Below the pieces are notes generated by a model. That model was given only the letters and a program-made list of their open reading frames with translations, was not told where the DNA came from and searched no databases. Below, one piece after another: positions 45,953 to 53,431 of a DNA stretch of 53,431 bases (within the stretch, counting starts at the first letter, position 1; each line of letters starts with the position of its first letter). The translations under genes and the position numbers were made by a program. Source of the DNA: Candidatus Kuenenia stuttgartensis (GTDB lineage: Bacteria > Planctomycetota > Phycisphaerae > Sedimentisphaerales > CAMDDF01); assembly GCA_945890885.1 (NCBI GenBank), contig CAMDDF010000001.1:1-53431 (forward strand), in the 5' to 3' direction.

Positions 45953-46117
45953 CATTGCTCAACTGTTGCGGGCTAACATAGCTTATTGTTTGTGGCTTTG
46001 CTTATGTTAGCGGTTTAACATAGGCCTGTATGGCTGAAATTCTTTTAAAACTTTATATCGACAATGTTTAGCGTTTCAAATTACCTATTTTAAGGCAATG
46101 TTAGCGTATAACATATT
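45939..46117. repeat. iteron field: at least 6 copies of GCTAACAT / ATGTTAGC
   Basis: Direct copies at 45948-55 and 45972-79, inside a 22-nt duplication AACTGTTGC(C/G)(T/G)GCTAACAT(T/A)GC. Inverted copies at 46004-11 and 46098-46105. Degenerate copies at about 46014-21, 46064-72 and 46108-14. Confidence 0.65.
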
Positions 46118-46303
46118 ACTATAGATTACCAGTATGTGCAGCGCGGTAGTAAGGGCCACGTAATCAAAGTTAAAACTTTTATCAGGTACTTCCTGGTAGT
46201 TATTAAATAATGAGGTGAACAACCGGACGTAATACTGGAATGTTAGTTAAGGTAATTTAAGTTTTTTAAAATACAACTTGCAATTCCGCAAGTAAGGGTT
46301 AAA

Positions 46304-46510
46304 ATGACATTTATGATTGCTGAAATATTAAGAAAACATATCGAGGATGCGGGCAAAAGCCGCTATCAAATATCACACGAAACCGGTCTGAATGAATCTA
46401 TCCTTTGCAGGCTTATGCAGGGGACGGGTATTTCTGACACAAATGCAGACATTCTTTGTGAATATTTCGGGCTTGAATTAAAGCCTAAACAACAATCAAA
46501 AAAGAGGTGA
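46304..46510 (+). CDS. XRE-type HTH protein
   Basis: SRYQISHETGLNESILCRLMQG is a helix-turn-helix. Lies immediately upstream of the integrase (4-nt gap). Confidence 0.7.
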   Translation: MTFMIAEILRKHIEDAGKSRYQISHETGLNESILCRLMQGTGISDTNADILCEYFGLELKPKQQSKKR

Positions 46511-46514
46511 TATT

Positions 46515-47888
46515 ATGGCAAGTGTTATCAAACAAAAGACCGCTAAAGGCATAAGGCATTTTATTCAGCTTAGTTCTGGTGAAAACGAGGCAAGGCCGAA
46601 AATAGCCTTAGGCAAGGTTAACAAAAGGCAGGCCGATACTGCCAAGGTAAACATTGAAAATATTGTAAAGTGCAAAGATACCGGGGCGGTTGCATCTCCA
46701 GCAGTGCAGGAATGGCTTGACGACATATCTGATGGACTCCGCAAGCGGTTGGAAACGCTGAACATAATCGAGCCGAGAAACGGCGGCCAAAGCCATACGG
46801 CTGTAGAATGGACAAAGCTGTATATTGACAGCCGCCCCGATGTAAAGGAAATTACACGTGTGAAATTGCAAAACACCGCTAATAAGTTATCAGCATTTTT
46901 CAAGGGACAGGATATAAGCAGTATAACCATTCAGCAGGCTAAGGATTTTCGGGTATATCTGCAAAATGTTGTGGGGCTTGCTGAAAACTCTATCAGGCGG
47001 CAGATTGGCATTTCAAGGCAGTTTTTCAATGCCGCTATGAATACAGGGCTTATCAGCAAAAATCCGTTTATGGGTCAGCCTGTAACGGTGAGGGCTAATT
47101 CATCGCGGTTTTATTACATAACTCAGGAAATGGCATTAAAAGTCCTTGATGCCTGCCCTGATGTGCAATGGCGGTTAATCTTTGGCTTGGCAAGGTGGGG
47201 AGGTTTACGCTGTCCCAGCGAAGTCCTAAGGCTAACTTGGCAGGATGTGGACTTTGAGCATAACCGCTTTACTGTTCACGCCAGCAAAACGGAACACTAT
47301 GCCGATGGCGGTATTAGGGCAGTCCCGATGTTTCCAGAGTTAAGGCCGTTGTTTCAAGATGCTTTTGATAAAGCAAAAGAGGGGGATGTTTATTGCATAA
47401 CCCGCTACCGTGATGGCTCTACAAATTTGCGGACTCAAATGTACAAGATTATTGCCAGAGCCGGACTTGAGCCTTGGCCTAAGCTATTCCAGAACCTTAG
47501 AAGTACCAGAGAAACCGAGCTATTCAAAATGACAAATGGCAATGTCAAGGCGGTATGCTCTTGGATTGGAAATAGTCCATCGGTTGCTATGGCACACTAT
47601 GCACAGGTAACCGAAGCTGACTTGCAGGAAGCGGCTAAAATGACGCTGTTGAATGATGCCGAAAAAATAATGCAAATTGCCCAAACAAAAGCCGAACAAA
47701 AAAGGGTGCAGAATACGGTGCAGAGTACTGCAGAATCGGCTTGCATAGAGTTGCGTGAAAGCAATTTAAATGATGACTTAAACCTTTGTCTATGCGGGAC
47801 TAATGATAATAACTCAGCAGGGTGCGAAAACCTGCAAAAACCCCAAAAGTGCGCCCGGCAGGACTCGAACCTGCGGCCTACAGTTTAG
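46515..47888 (+). CDS. int: tyrosine recombinase / phage-type integrase
   Basis: SAM-like core-binding region, catalytic ARWGGLRCPSEVLRLTW (R), FQNLRSTRETEL (H/K-x-x-R) and WIGNSPSVAMAHY (H...Y). The last 39 nt overlap the tRNA-Arg gene. Confidence 0.95.
   Translation: MASVIKQKTAKGIRHFIQLSSGENEARPKIALGKVNKRQADTAKVNIENIVKCKDTGAVASPAVQEWLDDISDGLRKRLETLNIIEPRNGGQSHTAVEWTKLYIDSRPDVKEITRVKLQNTANKLSAFFKGQDISSITIQQAKDFRVYLQNVVGLAENSIRRQIGISRQFFNAAMNTGLISKNPFMGQPVTVRANSSRFYYITQEMALKVLDACPDVQWRLIFGLARWGGLRCPSEVLRLTWQDVDFEHNRFTVHASKTEHYADGGIRAVPMFPELRPLFQDAFDKAKEGDVYCITRYRDGSTNLRTQMYKIIARAGLEPWPKLFQNLRSTRETELFKMTNGNVKAVCSWIGNSPSVAMAHYAQVTEADLQEAAKMTLLNDAEKIMQIAQTKAEQKRVQNTVQSTAESACIELRESNLNDDLNLCLCGTNDNNSAGCENLQKPQKCARQDSNLRPTV
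47772..47869. repeat. attR: direct repeat partner (integrase 3' end + tRNA 3' end)
   Basis: See attL. The exact core is 47850-47869. Confidence 0.8.
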
Positions 47889-47923
47889 GAAACTGTCGCT
47901 CTATCCACCTGAGCTACGGGCGC
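47850..47923 (-). tRNA. tRNA-Arg (anticodon CCU)
   Basis: Folded by hand, 74 nt: acceptor GCGCCCG/CGGGCGC + A; D arm GCUC-AGGUGGAUA-GAGC; anticodon arm ACAGU-UUCCUAA-ACUGU; variable AGGCC; T arm GCAGG-UUCGAGU-CCUGC. No encoded CCA. Confidence 0.95.
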
Positions 47924-48406
47924 AAAAATTGCTAAAATTAGGTACTATAATGCTTATTGCAAGATAATAAATAATTCCAAAACAGAAATATAAACCATAT
48001 CAAAGAGCAAAATAAAAACATCGCGATACTCGTTGCGGCAAATTTTCACTAACATTACATAAAACAGGCCGGTATTGCAAGGAAATTAGGGGTAAAATTA
48101 ACTGCTTTGGCAAAGACAAAAACAGGCCCCTTTCAGAAATGCCTTAACCGCTACTGTTTGGCTTGGTTTTCTGTTTTATAAACAGCCCTTGAAACCGCAC
48201 TGATTTCACTGCAAAAGAAGAATCATTGATAAATGCAATCGCTAAAGCTCTTTAAGCAGTTACCGCCACACTACAGCTACAATAGTCAAGTTAATATAAT
48301 TGTTAATCCTGAATTGTTTATCGGACATTATGCCCATTATCAAGACAAAATAAAACTACAACTATCAAAACCAGTTAAAGCCACCCTAGAGCATTTTAAT
48401 ATGCCA

Positions 48407-49015
48407 TTAATTCTGTTTTTGTGACTCATTCAGATACTCTCCCATACTTATTACTATGGTATTCAACACCCCTTCATCAATTTTTCGGCCAAGCAAATTA
48501 ACCATTTCCGGCACATTTTCAAATTTAATGCTCCGTTTTTTCGACTCCTGCTCAAGCTGTATTTCGCCAAGCTCCAGGCTTGCACGTATCTGCCCAATTG
48601 GCAAATCATATAATAAACCGAGCTGTTGGGTCGTCATCATTTCCACATTATACAAAATCACCAGCTGCCGATGAAAGCCATCAAGGGTATTTAATGCATC
48701 TGCAATTTCAAAGAGCTCTACATCGTCAAAAAGCTCTCCTTCATACAAATTATCAATGACGACCTGGTTGCATTGCACGCTTTTGCCGACCGAATCAAGC
48801 ATAGCATCGACAGCAACACCGATTTTAATATCGCTATCGTTACAAATAACCTTATGAAGACACCCCAGCGTATAGCAGCCTATATAGGCCAGTTCGTTTT
48901 TACCCCTGCAATGGCAACATCCGCTGATTAAAATATAACGCAGATAACACTTGATTATTTGTTTGAAATTTTCAACATCCGCCAAATTGCCAAATTCATA
49001 GCCGCTTCCACTCAT
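48407..49015 (-). CDS. hypothetical protein, possibly a divergent sigma-70 region-4-like regulator
   Basis: LNTLDGFHRQLVILYNVEMMTTQQLGLLYDLPIGQIRASLELG resembles sigma region 4 / LuxR-type HTH. The rest is unassigned. Confidence 0.4.
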   Translation of the reverse strand: MSGSGYEFGNLADVENFKQIIKCYLRYILISGCCHCRGKNELAYIGCYTLGCLHKVICNDSDIKIGVAVDAMLDSVGKSVQCNQVVIDNLYEGELFDDVELFEIADALNTLDGFHRQLVILYNVEMMTTQQLGLLYDLPIGQIRASLELGEIQLEQESKKRSIKFENVPEMVNLLGRKIDEGVLNTIVISMGEYLNESQKQN

Positions 49016-49101
49016 TTTTTGCCCCTGTCAAAAAATTTCGCTGCCTATTTGCACATTAATAGGTATAATACCAACAGTTTCTATAAAATAAAACACAAAA
49101 A

Positions 49102-50076
49102 TTAAAATGTTTTACCTATCAATACCGAAATTATCAGGAACCCCCCAAATGCCAGATGCAGTTTGGCTGTCGCCGCATCAAGCCCCACGCTCATCTCAGG
49201 CCTGTCAGCCTGTGCCTTTTTAACAGCCATGATATTTTGCACCGCCAAAGGTGCAGTTATCAGCACAATAAAACCAACGGCTGATAAAATTTTCAAAACC
49301 ACCAGTGCCGCCACTGATATATATGCGCCAAGCAAAAGAAAATTGTAAACCATCTTAGCCCGCTCAAACCCAAGCATTATCACCACTGTTTTAATACCAG
49401 CCTCGATATCGTGGTTAATATCTCGCAGATTATTTGCCCACAGTATCGCCGAAACTAAAAAACCAATCGGAAGCGAAACATAAAAAACATTCCATGCAAA
49501 ACCGCCAGCCAGAGTGAAATAAGAACCAATCACCATCAATGGCCCCATCAGGATAAACACCATCACATCCCCAAGCCCGATATATTTATACCCCGGCAGG
49601 ACTGTATATAGCACACCGCCCAGAAATCCAACGCCGCCGATAACCAGCATCCACCAGCCGCGAATATATATCAAAGCCAGCCCAAGCGAAATCCCAACAA
49701 TAAAGGCTATCGCCCCTGCCCGCAAAACCGCCGACGGGCTCAACAATCCATCAGGCAGAACCCTGCTTCCGCCCAAACTGTAATCTTTATCGACCCCCTT
49801 TTTGTAATCAGCATAATCATTGAGAAGATTCGTTCCCGCGTGAAACAACAGCGAACACAAAATCACGATTGGCAGCAATCCCCATCGAAACTCTCCGCCT
49901 GCTGAATACGCCATCGCCGCCCCCAGCAGCACAGGCACCATCGATGCGGTGTATGAAAAAAGCCTGCACGCCTGAAGCCATATCTTGAATTTACTCAACG
50001 ACCCTCTTTTTATAAACTTTGGAATCAAGAGTTTTCTGCCACGGTGTCCAGTTGTCATCGGTCTGGTCATTTTCAA
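49102..50076 (-). CDS. menA: UbiA-family prenyltransferase, MenA-like (1,4-dihydroxy-2-naphthoate polyprenyltransferase)
   Basis: About 8 TM helices, NLLNDYADYKKGVD motif and a second Asp-rich region NNLRDINHD. The start is uncertain (overlaps the upstream gene). Confidence 0.8.
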   Translation of the reverse strand: MKMTRPMTTGHRGRKLLIPKFIKRGSLSKFKIWLQACRLFSYTASMVPVLLGAAMAYSAGGEFRWGLLPIVILCSLLFHAGTNLLNDYADYKKGVDKDYSLGGSRVLPDGLLSPSAVLRAGAIAFIVGISLGLALIYIRGWWMLVIGGVGFLGGVLYTVLPGYKYIGLGDVMVFILMGPLMVIGSYFTLAGGFAWNVFYVSLPIGFLVSAILWANNLRDINHDIEAGIKTVVIMLGFERAKMVYNFLLLGAYISVAALVVLKILSAVGFIVLITAPLAVQNIMAVKKAQADRPEMSVGLDAATAKLHLAFGGFLIISVLIGKTF

Positions 50077-50959
50077 TCAGCCCGTTCACCTGGTTAAGTT
50101 TTGCGTCAATATTATCGATATAGCTGACCATAAAAGCTTCAGCCGTAGCTGGAATTTTTGGTGAGCCGAATTCATACTGCCCGTGATGTGAAAGAATAAT
50201 ATGCAGCAGAGCATCGACTATTTCGATGCTCACAGGCTTTCCCTCAGCCGCGAGTTTATTGGCCTTTTCACTGACCATAACCGCGCTCTTGGTAATATGC
50301 CCCACAAGCTGGCCGCTGTCGGTATATGAAAATGCCATCGCGTATGCAAGCTCTTCGGTCTTGCCTATATCGTGCAGGAATATTCCCGCTATAACCAAAT
50401 CCTGCTGAATCTGCGGATACAGCGGAAACAGCCTTATCGCCGCTTCGAGCATATTGGATGTATGTTCCAAAAGGCCGCCGAGATAACCATGATGAACGCT
50501 CATCGCCGCTGGCGCCTTGCAGAATTTTTTCATCAGTTCCGCATCGTTCAAAAACTGCCGTATCAGATTCCGCAACCCCTCGTTTTTTATCTTTTCAAGA
50601 TTGGCGGTGAGGCCATCGAACATTTCCTTGACATTTTTGGTTGTACGTGCAAGATAATCATCAAGGCTTACATTATTCGCTGTTACAACGCTTATCTGGT
50701 TGATAACTAATTGAAGCGCATTTTGATATACCTCGCTTTTGCCCTGAATCCTTACGAATCCCTCTTTAGGCAGCGAATTGTAAACATTCTCGCTTGCGTT
50801 CCACATCCGTCCGTTAAGTTTGCCGGTTCTGTCGCCAACAAACATCGCTATATACAAATCACCTCGCGTCGTGCTGCGCAATACCGGCTGGGTTATCATA
50901 AAAATATCATCTATTGTTTCACCCGGGGCAATATCACTAACGAACTTATGCGCCATCAT
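49991..50959 (-). CDS. OB-fold + HD-domain 3'-5' exoribonuclease YhaM-like protein
   Basis: Start moved to 50959/50956 because a terminator hairpin lies inside the longer track ORF. OB-fold N-terminus; HD motifs FLHDIGK and ILSHHGQYEFGSP. Confidence 0.8.
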   Translation of the reverse strand: MMAHKFVSDIAPGETIDDIFMITQPVLRSTTRGDLYIAMFVGDRTGKLNGRMWNASENVYNSLPKEGFVRIQGKSEVYQNALQLVINQISVVTANNVSLDDYLARTTKNVKEMFDGLTANLEKIKNEGLRNLIRQFLNDAELMKKFCKAPAAMSVHHGYLGGLLEHTSNMLEAAIRLFPLYPQIQQDLVIAGIFLHDIGKTEELAYAMAFSYTDSGQLVGHITKSAVMVSEKANKLAAEGKPVSIEIVDALLHIILSHHGQYEFGSPKIPATAEAFMVSYIDNIDAKLNQVNGLIENDQTDDNWTPWQKTLDSKVYKKRVVE

Positions 50960-50978
50960 TTCTCCAAATCTACTACAT

Positions 50979-51009
50979 AAATAAACACCCCTCCTGCAAG
51001 GGAGGGGTG
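50979..51009 (-). terminator. rho-independent terminator after mltA
   Basis: Minus strand reads CACCCCTCC-cttgca-GGAGGGGTG followed by TTTATTT. Confidence 0.6.
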
Positions 51010-51050
51010 GTGTTTCTCTAATCAAAAACTCAACATTAATAATTCAAAAC

Positions 51051-52253
51051 TTATTTTTTCAGGAACAGATAGTAAAGTCTGCCTTCCTGATATGTGTGCC
51101 CTGCCAAAGAGCCTGCTTTATCGCCGACACCCATATAAACATCGCATCTGCCAGCCGCACGAATGGCACCGCCAGTATCCTGATCCATCGCAAATCCGGT
51201 ATACGGCATTTCCTGTATCTGACCGCCAACTTCCTTAGGCAGACTCGTTACCATAAATGCCAGACCTGCACGAGGATAAATCTCTTTATCCGTCGCGATA
51301 GTTCTTCTTGCTATTACAGGCTCATTGATACTGCCCCTTGGCATACCTTCGTCAAATCTGAAGAATACAAACCTGGGATTCAAATTGACATACTGATCCA
51401 CAAGACTCGGATTCTTCTTGAAAAAATCAATCATTGCCTGAAGCGATAGGCCATCTTTGCCGACTTTGCCATCCTCGATGAGCTTCTTGCCGATGCTGAC
51501 ATACTCGTGTCCGTTGTTGCCGCCATAACCGGCAGTAACAAGTTTTCCATCAGGCATTCTCAATCTGGCTGAACCCTGAACCTGGGCAATATAAACCTCA
51601 AAGGGGTCGCTGAACCATACAAGCTCGGTGCCCTTTAACATTCCGCTTTTTTCAATCACAGCCCTGTCAGGGTATTTGACTGTTGTCCCATTGGCAAGTT
51701 TCCTGCCCAGAATCTCTCCTGTCTTTTCATCACTTACCAGGTCAGCAGGTCTCTTGTAAAGAGGATACCTGAACTTGGCTGTCTTTGTCGTTGAGGCATC
51801 GAATATCGGCGTATAATACCCTGTGAACAAAACCGTACCGCGATAATCCCAGCCTACCGATGTATAAACATCAAATTTTTCACGAATTATCGTATTCATC
51901 TCCGAAGGCGACTTGCCGGAATCAAGAAGTTCTACAAACGACTCGATCGACGCAACCACTTCTTCGTGCGTAATATCCCCGTAAGGATAGAACATCTGGC
52001 TTGACGGCTTGGAAAGATAATCGAGGCTGTTCATTGCCGCCTCCTGAAGATTCACTGTATCAGCCAATCCCAGCGTAAAATCGGGTATTTCCGCTGGGTT
52101 GGTTATCTTAACCAGCGCAAGCGCACCTTCTGGTAGAGGCCTGGCATAATCAGGAGCGACAACTTCCTCTATTTCCTCGACCTTTTTACAGCCTGTCGGC
52201 AAAAGTACAAGAGACGTAAGCAACATCAACAACAATACAAATCTAGCGTTCAT
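51051..52253 (-). CDS. mltA: membrane-bound lytic murein transglycosylase A-like lipoprotein
   Basis: Lipobox LPTGC, an MltA-specific domain and a 3D domain (DTGGAIRAAGRCDVYMGVG). Confidence 0.85.
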   Translation of the reverse strand: MNARFVLLLMLLTSLVLLPTGCKKVEEIEEVVAPDYARPLPEGALALVKITNPAEIPDFTLGLADTVNLQEAAMNSLDYLSKPSSQMFYPYGDITHEEVVASIESFVELLDSGKSPSEMNTIIREKFDVYTSVGWDYRGTVLFTGYYTPIFDASTTKTAKFRYPLYKRPADLVSDEKTGEILGRKLANGTTVKYPDRAVIEKSGMLKGTELVWFSDPFEVYIAQVQGSARLRMPDGKLVTAGYGGNNGHEYVSIGKKLIEDGKVGKDGLSLQAMIDFFKKNPSLVDQYVNLNPRFVFFRFDEGMPRGSINEPVIARRTIATDKEIYPRAGLAFMVTSLPKEVGGQIQEMPYTGFAMDQDTGGAIRAAGRCDVYMGVGDKAGSLAGHTYQEGRLYYLFLKK

Positions 52254-52584
52254 ATTTTCTCCATAAAAGTTATATTTTCAAACATCCTTTTCGTAAAACC
52301 TACGAGAGTTTATTGTTTTTATCGGCAAACGTCAATTCTTTTCAACTTCTATTAACAAAAGCTTTTAAAAAAATAGTTAAATTTATCGAAAAAATATACA
52401 AATTAGACGACCCCAAAGGGGCCTATTTTGCTTATTTCTTGCATTTTACCGAGAAACAGCATCTTTATATTACCCATTTTAAAAAATAAGAAAAAAATAA
52501 AAAAAATGAAACTTTTGACCTTGCCGATTCGTCTATTTATACGTAAACAATAACAATAACGCTCTTTTTCATCACCCTCCTCCG

Positions 52585-52620
52585 AACGGCTGATTTTAAC
52601 AGATCAGCCGTTTTTTTTTT
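52585..52620 (+). terminator. strong plus-strand rho-independent terminator with no annotated plus-strand gene
   Basis: 10-bp perfect stem AACGGCTGAT / ATCAGCCGTT, 8-nt loop, then T10. Confidence 0.6.
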
Positions 52621-52638
52621 ATCCACAATGCCCCCACC

Positions 52639-53424
52639 CTAAAGCTGACTTTTCATCTGCTCAAGTTTTGTCGCTTGCTTGAGGATATTTTTTTCACGGC
52701 GACTAAGGCTGGCTATTCCGCTTTTTGCAACTTTATCAAGTACCGCATCAACTTCCTCGTGAAGAACACGAATATCTTCCACCTTTTTTCGGGGCCAGGG
52801 TATCCTGACACCATCCGACAGCCGATAACGCATCCAGAACACATATATCGCACCAGCAGCCATACCGGCAAGATGGGCCGCATCGCCGCCAGCATTGTCG
52901 CCGCCAGCTATAAGATTCGCTAAATAGATAACCGTAAATATTATTGAGGCAATTCTAATCGGAACAGGAAAAACGATAATAAACACTACAAACTGCGGGA
53001 AAAGTATCGCACAGGCCGCAAGCATTCCAAGTATTGCACCGGAAGCGCCTACCAGCACCATAAAACCATTCCCCAGCAAACCTGCATAACAAAGGAACTG
53101 AAAAAATATTCCGCCAACTGCCCCGCAGGACAGATAAAATTTTGCAAATTTGGCGGTACCCCAGCTTCTTTCAAGGACAGGGCCAAGAAAAAACAGACCA
53201 AGCATATTAAAAAGGATGTGCATCATTCCTTCGTGCAAAAACTGATAGCTGATGTACCGCCACACCTGCCAGCTATAGTTCAGCGACCCCTTGGTACCGA
53301 GTACGGCAAACCACTCCGCAAAAAACTGGCCTATCCGCGGTATAGAGCTAAGCACAAACACCGCCAGATTAATTATCAATAGCCATTTTACCGCTGGCGT
53401 TAAAGGAGGAAACCCAAACCGCAT
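52639..53424 (-). CDS. rhomboid-family intramembrane serine protease
   Basis: HEGMMHILFNM, catalytic GASGAILG and HLAGM, with 6-7 TM helices. Confidence 0.85.
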   Translation of the reverse strand: MRFGFPPLTPAVKWLLIINLAVFVLSSIPRIGQFFAEWFAVLGTKGSLNYSWQVWRYISYQFLHEGMMHILFNMLGLFFLGPVLERSWGTAKFAKFYLSCGAVGGIFFQFLCYAGLLGNGFMVLVGASGAILGMLAACAILFPQFVVFIIVFPVPIRIASIIFTVIYLANLIAGGDNAGGDAAHLAGMAAGAIYVFWMRYRLSDGVRIPWPRKKVEDIRVLHEEVDAVLDKVAKSGIASLSRREKNILKQATKLEQMKSQL

Positions 53425-53431
53425 ATGTCCG

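Larger units (their letters stand above)
20926..47869. mobile_element. ~27 kb integrative genomic (defence) island in tRNA-Arg(CCU)
   Basis: Flanking direct repeats. Integrase, Xis-like and wHTH genes lie at the tRNA-proximal end. Cargo includes R-M and nuclease/helicase genes and island-specific intergenic repeats. Confidence 0.8.

Noticed and set aside
49991-50076. 86-nt overlap between the 3' end of the yhaM-like gene and the 5' end of menA.
   Set aside because: This is most likely a start-codon ambiguity in menA (alternative ATGs at codons 3 and 7 still overlap). There is no evidence of a frameshift or programmed event.
1-53431. Scan for CRISPR arrays, rRNA genes, additional tRNAs, IS elements with terminal inverted repeats, and retron/DGR-type reverse transcriptases.
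   Set aside because: I saw no regularly spaced direct repeats, no rRNA-like conserved blocks, no other cloverleaf candidates, and no DDE, reverse-transcriptase or Cas-like ORFs.

Overview
This is an AT-leaning, densely coding bacterial chromosomal window. Two blocks of ordinary core genes flank a ~27 kb integrative island (20926-47869). The left block (1-20.5 kb) holds a TPR protein, two response regulators with an HDOD histidine kinase, ispE, spoVG, a flgM-like gene, a beta-helix exoprotein, rimO, a secretin, an EndoIII-like gene, nikR and a cupin gene beside an ECF-type Ni/Co importer cbiM-Q-O, and an MFS transporter. The right block (47.9-53.4 kb) holds a sigma-like gene, menA, a yhaM-like gene, mltA and a rhomboid protease. 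The island sits in the 3' end of tRNA-Arg(CCU) (47850-47923, minus strand). It is bounded by a 20-nt exact direct repeat embedded in a ~97-nt imperfect repeat. It carries a tyrosine integrase that reads into the tRNA, two Xis/AlpA-like HTH genes, wHTH genes and a field of GCTAACAT iterons. Four cargo items deserve attention. (i) A complete type I R-M operon, hsdM-hsdS-X-hsdR-orf160, where X is an 800-aa protein: a degenerate N6-methylase fold, an HsdS-like recognition/coiled-coil segment and a C-terminal helical domain with an Rx5H (HEPN-like) motif. X occupies the position that the PrrC anticodon nuclease holds in EcoprrI, and this is my top candidate for an undescribed R-M-guard system. (ii) A tightly linked minus-strand cluster of a coiled-coil protein, a membrane-anchored PD-(D/E)xK-like protein and a NERD-nuclease/SF1-helicase, which looks like an undescribed Nhi-like defence module. 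(iii) A run of small genes (one DUF2958-like, two paralogues, Cys-rich proteins) with duplicated translation-initiation regions, typical of plasmid/ICE leading-region or anti-defence genes. (iv) An orphan near-consensus promoter driving a highly structured ~330-nt RNA, divergent from hsdM. Several island-specific intergenic repeat families sit 3' of operons. The PEP-CTERM anchor and the dockerin-like/LamG/parallel-beta-helix exoproteins suggest a PVC/Planctomycetota-like host, but this is inference only. I recognised no rRNA, CRISPR array or intact transposase. All homology statements come from motif recognition by eye, not from searches.
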